From NCBI GenBank assembly GCA_047514575.1, contig JAKZYH010000181.1, positions 1-39,279 on the forward strand: a stretch of DNA of 39,279 bases, read 5' to 3'. The notes below the pieces were generated by a model. It made no database searches and was not told the DNA's origin. It saw nothing but the letters and a program-made list of their open reading frames with translations. Positions within the stretch are counted from its first letter, which is position 1. Each line of letters opens with the position of its first letter. Below are positions 21,201-28,647 of this stretch, one piece after another. Both the position numbers and the translations under genes were made by a program. Origin of the DNA: Acidobacteriota bacterium. Lineage in GTDB: Bacteria > Acidobacteriota > UBA6911 > RPQK01 > JAJDTT01.

Positions 21201-21289
21201 GGTGAGAGCGCAGCGGTAGAAGGGGAGCACCCGATAGGGGAGAGCAGCGCAATGATTCCTAATACGGATCTCGTTACTGGAGGTACCAC
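18266..21289 (-). CDS. PVC-type heme-binding CxxCH protein (GSDH-like propeller + HEAT repeats + c-type cytochrome), putative lipoprotein
   Basis: VELFAAEPHVVDPV, FLASSDPWFRP, GPDGNLYVVDMYR, HEAT-like repeats, CASCH and SLMPDGLE. GAGGA RBS before GTG 21289. Confidence 0.88.
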   Translation of the reverse strand: MVPPVTRSVLGIIALLSPIGCSPSTAALSPEDGLKSLQIADHFRVELFAAEPHVVDPVELVFDERGQAFVAEMLDYPFDPSPGKSPRGRIKLLEDRNRDGRVDHSTIFADKLLQVAGLLPWKGGLLVTAAPNILYLKDTNGDGKADIRRVLFTGFRLAHPEGRITNLRFCIDNWIYAANSGQMGDITFSERPKARTVSVLGADFRFRLDRGLFEAASGPTQYGLALDSWGNRFSTHNSRHVSYSVMPRRYLARNPFFTVSQPSESISDHGERVFQLTPPESWREKRTRIRQRRFQELQLDRKEEASGFFTGASGGTVYGGDTFPEEYRGNLFTGDVAGHLVHRDTLRPRGSTFVASRGSVAEETEFLASSDPWFRPCNLANGPDGNLYVVDMYREVIEGPEFIPDALKEGMDFYAGGDRGRIYRVLPKTSVPSVLPKTSVPRDRDTPDLGRASTYDLVKLLSHGNSWWRLTAQRLLLERQDRQAIPWLMETGLGSLRADGRLHSLYTLEGLSALNATLIRRVLRDASPHVREHALRLAEGFQELQQHLVGMIDDPSARVRFQLALTLGQFSGHTITKALASLLSRHPQDGWLRAAVLSSKSGSSIELLKALLPGEAEPPIAKFLTEIGTIIGARNDRREVSTLLELMASVNALQNRDRQTSLLSGLSSGLKLAGVRGLRIPEAERLLGSLLVDSSESVQSAARSVAQHFELAQLIKVSAQQALEPMLSTKKRREAIRSLAGGRFQQLLPVFDQLLSPQQHPDLLKDTIRTLGLFDEPQVGELLIDRWRIFGPEIRQPAVDVLLSRRQHLQPLLDAVEAGRIEESVLDLPRKVKLLENPSPQIRESAARVFKDRESHRTNVVTEHQAALDLPSSPARGRRLSEKHCASCHLRQQGKGVAPDLGRVKGKSKRELLEAILDPSGVVSPFYTNYVIITKDGQMHDGLIVSEAPGTLTMRRGKGEETAILRSQIVEIRASSVSLMPDGLEQDLKTQDLADVIAFIQGEDLLN
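19965..20018 (+). repeat. In-frame 27-bp tandem duplication carrying two TGGGGACAGA motifs
   Basis: ctggggacagaggtcttgggaagcaca / ctggggacagacgtcttgggaagtaca. The protein reads VLPKTSVPS-VLPKTSVPR. Confidence 0.9.
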
Positions 21290-21392
21290 AGAATCCTCCT
21301 CAACCGGTGCCAGATCGGCGCAACATCTTAGCATAGAGGCTTTATGACGTCTTGCCTGAAGCTACCGGAGCTACAGGGGCCGCTAAGGCTAA

Positions 21393-21540
21393 GAGGAACA
21401 ATTGAGGAATAATTGGAAATAGTTGTGGAAAGAAATAGTTGGGGAAGAAATAGTTGGGGACAGACTTCAGTCGACACAGGCACCACTCTGTCGAGGACCG
21501 ACTCCGTGGTGCAGAATAGTGCGAGGTTGTGGGGACAGGG
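21393..21540 (+). repeat. Stuttered repeat region with TGGGGACAG motifs downstream of the HUH gene
   Basis: aagaaatagttgggg x2 plus degenerate copies. TGGGGACAGACTTCA at 21455-21469. Partial copy at 21530. Confidence 0.8.
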
Positions 21541-21641
21541 AGGCTATGCGGACAGGCGTCTTCTCTGAAGTTGTTTTCTGTGGGGCAGAATATGGAGAGG
21601 GTCTTCGATTTGTTGTAGGAGAACCTGAGTTTTCTCGAGCG

Positions 21642-22568
21642 TCAGGAAGGCGCTGAACTCCTGGATGTGCGCTGCTCGCGAAGAGTGAAGGCCAGACCTT
21701 CTAGGTGAGGGATCGGTTGGCGTGGCCGCGAGTAGCGTCCCTGTAGTTGAAAGAGCGTGATCCACTCCTCGATTTTCTCCTCACTTCCCAGAACGAGCCC
21801 GTCGACGAAATAGCGAAGCCGCTTTCGGTAAACCCCTTGACCTTGAAATCCCCGTTTCTGCTCCTGCTGCATCGTAGAGGCTGAGATCCTCGCCCCCTCT
21901 TTTCCCCCTCCTTCAAAGCCTCGGTAGTAGAGCAGGCTACGGTAGTTGAGCCTGTGATCCGGTCCGTCGAACAGTTTCGACAACGACATCAACCCTCCAT
22001 CGGCTCCGATCTGCCGCAAATAGGCCGAACTGGACCCATAGTCTTCGGGTCTTTCTACCAGATTCGCTCGCACCGGATTGAGCTCGATGTATGCCAACGT
22101 CTCCCGGATCGCTTGCGATCCCAGGACGACGGTGGAGTTGAAGCGCTCAGCCCACAGAGACCCGCGACGCCCGTAGTTGCGATTGTACCACCTGGCGTAG
22201 GAGCTCTGAATATTCCGCATAAGCTCGGAAAGGTCAAACAGACGACGATTGAAGCGCTCCCAATCGCGATCTGTCACTAGAATCTTCTCAGGCTTCGAGT
22301 ACATCAAGGCCGCACGTTTTTCAAGCTCACTTCGGCCTAGCTGACGGAAGGTTTCGAACTGCACCTCTACGTGGTAATGGTTGCTCATGAGGCTAAAGGA
22401 GGCCACTTCGCAAGAGTAGGCCTTGGTGTAGAAGCCAATCAGCTCCTCCAGTTTGTGGCGGGCAACTGGATCTTCAAAGGGAAACCACTTGGGTGGACCG
22501 GCCACGCGCGCGCTGATGTGGTAGAAGGTGTCCTCATCTTCGATCTTGATTCGTGGGATTCGTGCCAT
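21642..22568 (-). CDS. RAYT-like HUH/Y1 tyrosine transposase (IS200/IS605 TnpA superfamily)
   Basis: YHISAR, LMSNHYHV (HUH), RGSLWAERF and YIELNPVRANLVERPEDYGSSS (catalytic Tyr + NPV motif). No tnpB nearby. Confidence 0.9.
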   Translation of the reverse strand: MARIPRIKIEDEDTFYHISARVAGPPKWFPFEDPVARHKLEELIGFYTKAYSCEVASFSLMSNHYHVEVQFETFRQLGRSELEKRAALMYSKPEKILVTDRDWERFNRRLFDLSELMRNIQSSYARWYNRNYGRRGSLWAERFNSTVVLGSQAIRETLAYIELNPVRANLVERPEDYGSSSAYLRQIGADGGLMSLSKLFDGPDHRLNYRSLLYYRGFEGGGKEGARISASTMQQEQKRGFQGQGVYRKRLRYFVDGLVLGSEEKIEEWITLFQLQGRYSRPRQPIPHLEGLAFTLREQRTSRSSAPS

Positions 22569-22787
22569 TTCGCTAAGGCCTTTCGTCTGAGGGTCAATGC
22601 TCCCTGTCGGAGAGCCCTGTTCAGGGTAGTCTGTTACACAGTTCCTCTCTGATAACGATCTTGCTCGTGGATCTGCGAAGGGAGATTGGATCTTCGTGGA
22701 AGTTTTTTACAAGGGCCAGATGAAGAGGAAACTGTAAGGTCCGACTGGGAAATCCTCGTTTGGATGTTCCCGTTTTTCCGGCAAAGA

Positions 22788-22916
22788 GTTGCCATTTGCC
22801 TTTGCCTTTGCCTTTGCCCCAGTTGCCCCCGGTTAAAGTCTGTCCCCAGTTGCCGTCCGCTAAGAGTTGCCGTCCCAGTTGCCCCCGATTGAAGTCTGTC
22901 CCCACTTGTCCCCACT
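22788..22916 (-). repeat. Stuttered repeat region with TGGGGACAG motifs upstream of the HUH gene
   Basis: (TTTGCC)x4. Imperfect ~32-bp duplication ccagttgccccc.....aagtctgtcccca at ~22817-22848 and ~22873-22904. Extra tgtcccca at ~22907. Confidence 0.85.
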
Positions 22917-23170
22917 TCTCTGAAGGAGGCTCGGAGAGATGCCAACCCTGAAACTAGGGAAGGAAGCATTTTCCGGGACACGTTTTTTATTCTCAGGGCG
23001 TTAATGTAGAGTACTTCAGGCGCTACCTCGGAAGGCCGAAAGAGTTGCAGTCGGCTCTTGCGTCCGAATGTTCGCTTCTTGGCTTATCGCGCTAAGGCTT
23101 CAATCGGCGGAAGGGAGCACCGGGGCCGGATCTGCTCTTGAGTCGACTGTTTCTTTCTACATCGTCGAGA

Positions 23171-25312
23171 ATGGCCAGCAGAATCGATCTTGAGGACAAT
23201 GACCTTCAGGCTGCTCTCCAAGAGCACTTCGGGTTCTCCGAATTCCTTCAGGGACAGGAAGAAACAATACGCAACGCCTTGAAGGGCCGCGATATGGTGG
23301 TGGTGATGCCCACAGGCTCGGGTAAATCCCTCTGCTACCAGCTCTTGTCTTTGGTGTTGCCGGGGATCTCAATCGTCGTATCCCCCTTGATCGCCCTGAT
23401 GAAAGACCAGGTAGACGGACTCGAGGCACGAGGGCTGCCTGCGACCTACATCAACTCCTCACTCCCGGCCCTGGAAATGAGGGAGCGCATCGAGGCGCTA
23501 CGGTCCGGAAGTTACAAGCTAGTCTACGTCGCTCCGGAGCGATTCCGGGACCGGCGTTTCTTGGATGCGGTGGGCCGGAACCAGATTTCCCTCATGGCGA
23601 TTGATGAGGCCCATTGCATCAGCCAGTGGGGACATGATTTTCGTCCCGAATATCTTCGTCTGCGAGAGGTTCTGGCCGATCAGCCGTCGACCCGAGTGAT
23701 GGCGATGACGGCTACGGCTACTCCCTACGTCCGCTACGACATCATCAAGCAGATCGGACTCGGCGAGGACGGGAGAGGTGAGCCGCTAGTCCTGGTCTAT
23801 GGTTTTTCACGCCCGAATCTAAAGCTGGTTGTTTCACGGGTCTCCAGCCACGCTGAAAAGATGGACCATGTTCGTCAGGCAATTGAGCGATATCAGACTG
23901 GAATCGTCTACTGCGCCACCCGCAAGCAGACGGAAAAGGTGAACGGACTCCTGAAGGCAGCTGGTCATAACTGCGGTCTCTACCATGGAGGACTACTAGA
24001 TAGCCAACGCAAGGAAGTTCAGGACGAGTTCATGAATGGCGATACTCCTGTTGCGGTGGCGACCAATGCCTTTGGCATGGGGGTGGATCGACGTGATCTC
24101 CGCTTTGTGGTGCATTGGGACGTTCCCGGAAGCATCGAGGCCTACTATCAGGAGATAGGACGTTCTGGAAGAGACGGCCAGGAATCCTTGTGCAAGTTGC
24201 TTTACAGCTATGCCGATGTCCGGACCCAGGAATTCTTTCTGGACGGTGCCAATCCCAGCCGAGAGGAGGTCGAAACCCTTTGGAGCAGGGTCCGCGAATG
24301 CTGTTCGCAGGGACCCGCGGTATGTGATCTCTCGAAGTGGGTTGGGTCGATCAGCAAGAATGAGATGACCGTTCGAACTGTTTTGTCAATCCTGGAACGG
24401 GCGGGCCTTATCCGATGCGAAAGGGTGCCTCGTGGTTCCAGCCTACTGATCTCGATCGTGGCAGGAGCTGATCTTGGAGTACTGGAGCAGCAGTTTGTCT
24501 ATCTGAGTGAGAAACGGAATCGGGACAAGCGCAAGCTCCAGGACATGTTGCGCTACGCTGGCACTCCAAGCTGTCGGCAAGCCTACATTCTTAGCTATTT
24601 CGGTGAGAGTGACGTCGCTGCGGAGTGTAATAATTGCGATCGCTGTCGACCTATCAAGGGCGAGGAGGTTCGTGAGCCGTTCGAGGAAGAATGGCCTGTC
24701 CTACAGAAAGTCTTGAGTTGTGTGGCCCGAATGAGAACCAGCTTCGGTTGTGCCCGGGTGGTTCAGGTCTTAACGGGATCGAGAGCCAAGCCTGTCCTGG
24801 AACGGGGCTTGGACCACCTCTCCACCTACGGTCTGCTGAAGGATCATGGCGAGGGCTACGTCCGCCGCATTCTGGATGAGCTGGTTCAAGAGGGATGCGT
24901 CCGGATTACTACCGGGGACTATCCCCTGGTCGATATCACAGAGCTGGGCAGGAGAGTCATGTGGAGGAAAGAGACGGTGGCCATTACCTGGCCCTCCGTG
25001 AAGCCCCAGTCGAAGACTCGATCCGAAAACAAGGAGTGGCCCGTGTCCTCTTACGATGCCGAGCTTTTCCGGGAATTGAAATCCTGGCGGTTGGCGGAAG
25101 CGCAAGCCAAAAGGGTCCCGGCCTTCGCTGTCCTGCACGATGCCACTTTGAAGGGTGTCGCAGCCTTTTGTCCGCAGAACCTCTCCGAATTAGAAAGAGT
25201 CAAGGGAATCGGCCCGACGAAGGTGGCCAAGTATGGCGATGCCCTGCTTGGTATCATCGACGATTGGGTTAAGAAACAAGAGGGCACTGATCTCGAACAG
25301 AGCGCAGAATAG
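23171..25312 (+). CDS. recQ: RecQ-family ATP-dependent DNA helicase with Zn-binding, RQC and HRDC domains
   Basis: MPTGSGKSLCYQ, DEAHCISQWGHDFRP, ATNAFGMG, YYQEIGRSGRDG, CNNCDRC and an HRDC domain (VPAFAVLHDATL..GIGPTK). Confidence 0.93.
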   Translation: MASRIDLEDNDLQAALQEHFGFSEFLQGQEETIRNALKGRDMVVVMPTGSGKSLCYQLLSLVLPGISIVVSPLIALMKDQVDGLEARGLPATYINSSLPALEMRERIEALRSGSYKLVYVAPERFRDRRFLDAVGRNQISLMAIDEAHCISQWGHDFRPEYLRLREVLADQPSTRVMAMTATATPYVRYDIIKQIGLGEDGRGEPLVLVYGFSRPNLKLVVSRVSSHAEKMDHVRQAIERYQTGIVYCATRKQTEKVNGLLKAAGHNCGLYHGGLLDSQRKEVQDEFMNGDTPVAVATNAFGMGVDRRDLRFVVHWDVPGSIEAYYQEIGRSGRDGQESLCKLLYSYADVRTQEFFLDGANPSREEVETLWSRVRECCSQGPAVCDLSKWVGSISKNEMTVRTVLSILERAGLIRCERVPRGSSLLISIVAGADLGVLEQQFVYLSEKRNRDKRKLQDMLRYAGTPSCRQAYILSYFGESDVAAECNNCDRCRPIKGEEVREPFEEEWPVLQKVLSCVARMRTSFGCARVVQVLTGSRAKPVLERGLDHLSTYGLLKDHGEGYVRRILDELVQEGCVRITTGDYPLVDITELGRRVMWRKETVAITWPSVKPQSKTRSENKEWPVSSYDAELFRELKSWRLAEAQAKRVPAFAVLHDATLKGVAAFCPQNLSELERVKGIGPTKVAKYGDALLGIIDDWVKKQEGTDLEQSAE

Positions 25313-25393
25313 GATGTCTTTGGGCCCTCAGATGTTGCAGGCAGCTTCCAGCTTGGTTTCGCGAGACAGCGGTTTTCCCAAGCGGAGGAGACG

Positions 25394-26188
25394 ATGATGG
25401 TGTGCGCTGTATTGATCGCCATAGTAATGGGCCTTGTCGGTCAAGACGTGTGGTGCCACGACTTCTGGATAGAACCCTCGACCTTCATGCCGAAGCTGGG
25501 CTCGCCTGCCCACATTCGTCTGATGATTGGCGAAGACTTCAAAGGCGATTCCCTTCCACGCGATCCATCCCATATCAAGAGGTTCTTGCTCGCCGGACCC
25601 GGTGGAGAATCTCCGATCGTGGGTCTTTCGGGCTCTGAACCCGCTGGCTACGTTCGCTTCGAGTCGCCGGGTCTCCACGTGATCGGCTATCGTAGTAGAG
25701 AGAGGTCTATCACCCTGGAAGCAGAGCAGTTTGAGAGCTATCTTGCAGAGGAGGGGCTGGAGGAGATCGTTCGTTTGCGGGCCCATAAGGGCAAGACCCA
25801 GCAACCTGCCAGGGAGATTTTCTCCCGCTGTGCAAAGTCCCTCCTGGTCGCAAGTCAGTTGGACTCGGAAATAGTCGATCTTCAGCTGGGCTTCACACTG
25901 GAACTGATGGCCGAGAAGAACCCCTATTCTTTGGCTGAGGGTCAGACCCTGCCCGTTCGTCTACTGTATAGAGACGAGCCTTTAGAGGGAGCCAGGATCG
26001 TGGCGCTCAGCAAAGAGAAGCCGGACAAGAAACTGATGCTGCGCTCCGACCAGGAAGGGCGCGTCCTCCTTCAACTTTCTCGTAGGCGAACCTGGCTGGT
26101 GAAAGCGGTCCACATGATTCCTGTGCCCGAGGGTGCCGGAGCCGACTGGGAGAGCATCTGGGCTTCTTTGACCTTCAGGATTCCCTAG
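25394..26188 (+). CDS. DUF4198-family exported protein
   Basis: Signal peptide then HDFWIEP. EKNPYSL, WLVKAVHM and ADWESIWASLTF motifs. Confidence 0.8.
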   Translation: MMVCAVLIAIVMGLVGQDVWCHDFWIEPSTFMPKLGSPAHIRLMIGEDFKGDSLPRDPSHIKRFLLAGPGGESPIVGLSGSEPAGYVRFESPGLHVIGYRSRERSITLEAEQFESYLAEEGLEEIVRLRAHKGKTQQPAREIFSRCAKSLLVASQLDSEIVDLQLGFTLELMAEKNPYSLAEGQTLPVRLLYRDEPLEGARIVALSKEKPDKKLMLRSDQEGRVLLQLSRRRTWLVKAVHMIPVPEGAGADWESIWASLTFRIP

Positions 26189-27399
26189 TGTCATGTCACG
26201 TGTGATATGTCGGTATAGTAAGATACGCTTCTCCTTACGAAAGGAGGATCGTGATGCCGCAGATCCGTTACAAGGTGACCTTGACTGGGGAAGAGCGGGA
26301 CCGGTTACGGGAGATGACCACGCGAGGCAAGCACAGCAGCCAAAGCGTATTGAACGCCTTGATCCTGCTGGGTTGCGACGAAGGGCCGTTTCAGGAGCGC
26401 AAACTGACAACCGAAGAGATCGCCAACGTGCTGCCGGTGAGCTTGAAGAAGATCGAGCGAACCAAGCGCCGTTTTGTCGAGCAAGGTCTGGAGGTGGCGT
26501 TGGAAAAACAGCCGCCCCGCCGCGAGTACAGGCGCAAGGCAGACGGAGACTTCGAGGCTCATTTGGTGGCGCTCTCTTGTAGCCAGCCACCGAAGGGGCA
26601 TGCGCGCTGGTCGCTACGCGTGCTGGCCGACAAGATGGTGGAGTTGGAATACGTGGATTCGGTGTCCTACGAAACCGTACGGCGGGTTCTAAAAAAACGC
26701 TTTAAAACCCTGGAAGCGGCTGCGATGGGTCATCCCACCCGCCCATAACGGGTACTTTGTCGCCCACATGGAGCAGGTGCTCGAGATCTACAAGCGGCCC
26801 TACGATCCGGTTCGCCCTTTGATCTGCATGGATGAAACACCCCGGCAACTGATTCGGGAGACGCGACTGCCGCGGCCGACTGCGCCCGGTCGAATAGTCC
26901 GCTACGACTACGAGTACGAACGCTGCGGGGTCTGCAACGTCTTCCTGGCGGTCGAACCGCTGGCCGGTCGACGAGTCGCGCAGGTGACCCAACGCAGGAC
27001 CAAGAGCGATTGGGCAGGGTTCGTCGAGCGCCTCGCCCGCCTTCACCCGGAGGCGGAGAAGATCACTTTGGTGATGGACAATCTCAATACGCATGGCCCC
27101 GGCGCACTCTACGAGACCTTCCCGCCGACGATTGCCAAGGCGCTGTGGGACCGTTTCGAGTTTGTTTACACACCGAAACACGGTTCCTGGCTGAACATGG
27201 CCGAAATCGAACTCAGCGTGCTGGCTCGCCAGTGTCTGAATCGACGCATCGACAACCTCGAGGAGATGCGGGCCGAGGTGGATGCCTGGCAGGACCAAAG
27301 AAACAACCTCGACGCCAAGATCGACTGGCAGTTCACATCCGAAAATGCGCGCATCAAACTGAAGCGTCTATACCCGACACTTAAAGAGTGACATGATAC
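26188..27399 (+). mobile_element. IS630-family insertion sequence (1212 bp), TA target duplication
   Basis: TA-GTGTCATGTCAC ... GTGACATGATAC-TA. Two-ORF transposase inside. Confidence 0.9.
26254..27391 (+). CDS. IS630 transposase split into HTH (orfA) and DDE (orfB) parts joined at an A7 run (26691-26697)
   Basis: orfA PPKGHARWSLR..VSYETVRRVLKK. orfB NALKPW..CMDE..DYEYER..VMDNLNTH..YTPKHGSWLNMAEIE. Confidence 0.9.
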
Positions 27400-27468
27400 T
27401 AGTACCAGGTCACATGGTTTCCAGTGATGATTGGGGTGGAGAAAAATGGGCTGCCTGCTCCCTTGAGA

Positions 27469-28632
27469 TCAGATGCTCGCATCGTATACCACTTGGCCCC
27501 CGACCACGGTCTGTTGAATCTGAATGCCCGTTTCGGTCCACTCGAAGCGGATAATGTTCGCTTTTTTGCCAGGCTCCAGCGTCCCCAGTTCTCTTTCTTT
27601 CGATAGAAGTTGTGCAGGGTGTAGGCTTGCCATGTGGATGGCTTCCGAGAGAGATGTCCCAGCAAATCGAACTACGTTGGCGACACCCTGATCAATGCTG
27701 GCTCCGGCTCCGAAGAGATACGGTGTTCCGGCGAGCGAGATACGTCCCTCAGGCCCTACTTCGACTGTCTGGGACCCCACTGGATAGAAGCCTGATGGCA
27801 GTCCCGCCATGACGACTGCGTCGCTGATCAAGATGCTTCGGTGAGTTTCTTTGCTTCGGAGCATCGATTTGACTACGGACGGAGGCAGGTGGTGTCCGTC
27901 GACGATAAAACTCGCCATCAGATTGTCGTTGGCCAACTGATCCCAGATATAGTTGGGATGTCGCTTAAGTGAGGCATGTGCCCCGTTGCCGAGGTGTGTA
28001 GACAGGCGCGCTCCCGCACGGGCGGCTTCGGTAATGTCTCGGGTCTCAGCGTTAGCGTGTCCCAGTGAGACGACGATCTGTTGGTCCACTAATCTCTCGA
28101 TGAACTGGATTGCCCCTTCCGTCTCAGGGGCAAGTGTGACCAGGCGGATACGGCCTTCTGCAGCCTCCTGAAAGCGGCAAAACTCATCCCAATTGGGAGG
28201 CCTCACGTGCTCGATTGGATGGGCTCCTCGGGGGCCGTCGACCGCCGAAATGTAGGGGCCCTCCAGATGGATACCCAGAACAGATCGCTCGATCTGCGGA
28301 TCACGGCAGGCCTCGCTCACATACCTCAAGGAGGCCAGCATAGCTTTCGGAGCCGCGGTGACAACGGTTGGACACAAAGTCCCAACACCACATCCCCACT
28401 GCGATTCGACCATGCTCGCGATCGAGTTGGGGGTCGCATCGGGTCCGTTGACAGCATGTCCTCTGAAGCCATTGATGTGGAGGTCTATCAGCGCAGGAGC
28501 GATCCATGTTTTGGGTGTATGTGGAGCCTCCTCGACCTTGCTGATGAGTCCGCGCTCGACCTTCACTAGAACAGGTTTTCCAGAGAGGTAGTTCTTGCCG
28601 AGAAGTTGTCTGTCCTGCGCCGATGCTGGCAT
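27469..28632 (-). CDS. nagA: N-acetylhexosamine-6-phosphate deacetylase (NagA-like)
   Basis: IDLHING, GIHLEGPYIS..GAH, VTLAPE, SLGH, THLGN, DGHHL, ISDA. Confidence 0.8.
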   Translation of the reverse strand: MPASAQDRQLLGKNYLSGKPVLVKVERGLISKVEEAPHTPKTWIAPALIDLHINGFRGHAVNGPDATPNSIASMVESQWGCGVGTLCPTVVTAAPKAMLASLRYVSEACRDPQIERSVLGIHLEGPYISAVDGPRGAHPIEHVRPPNWDEFCRFQEAAEGRIRLVTLAPETEGAIQFIERLVDQQIVVSLGHANAETRDITEAARAGARLSTHLGNGAHASLKRHPNYIWDQLANDNLMASFIVDGHHLPPSVVKSMLRSKETHRSILISDAVVMAGLPSGFYPVGSQTVEVGPEGRISLAGTPYLFGAGASIDQGVANVVRFAGTSLSEAIHMASLHPAQLLSKERELGTLEPGKKANIIRFEWTETGIQIQQTVVGGQVVYDASI

Positions 28633-28647
28633 TTTGCCTCTGTTGGC

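Noticed and set aside
21455-22904. Conventional IS with TIRs and TSD around the Y1 gene
   Set aside because: No flanking target duplication is visible, Y1 enzymes do not use DDE-type TIRs, and no tnpB is present.
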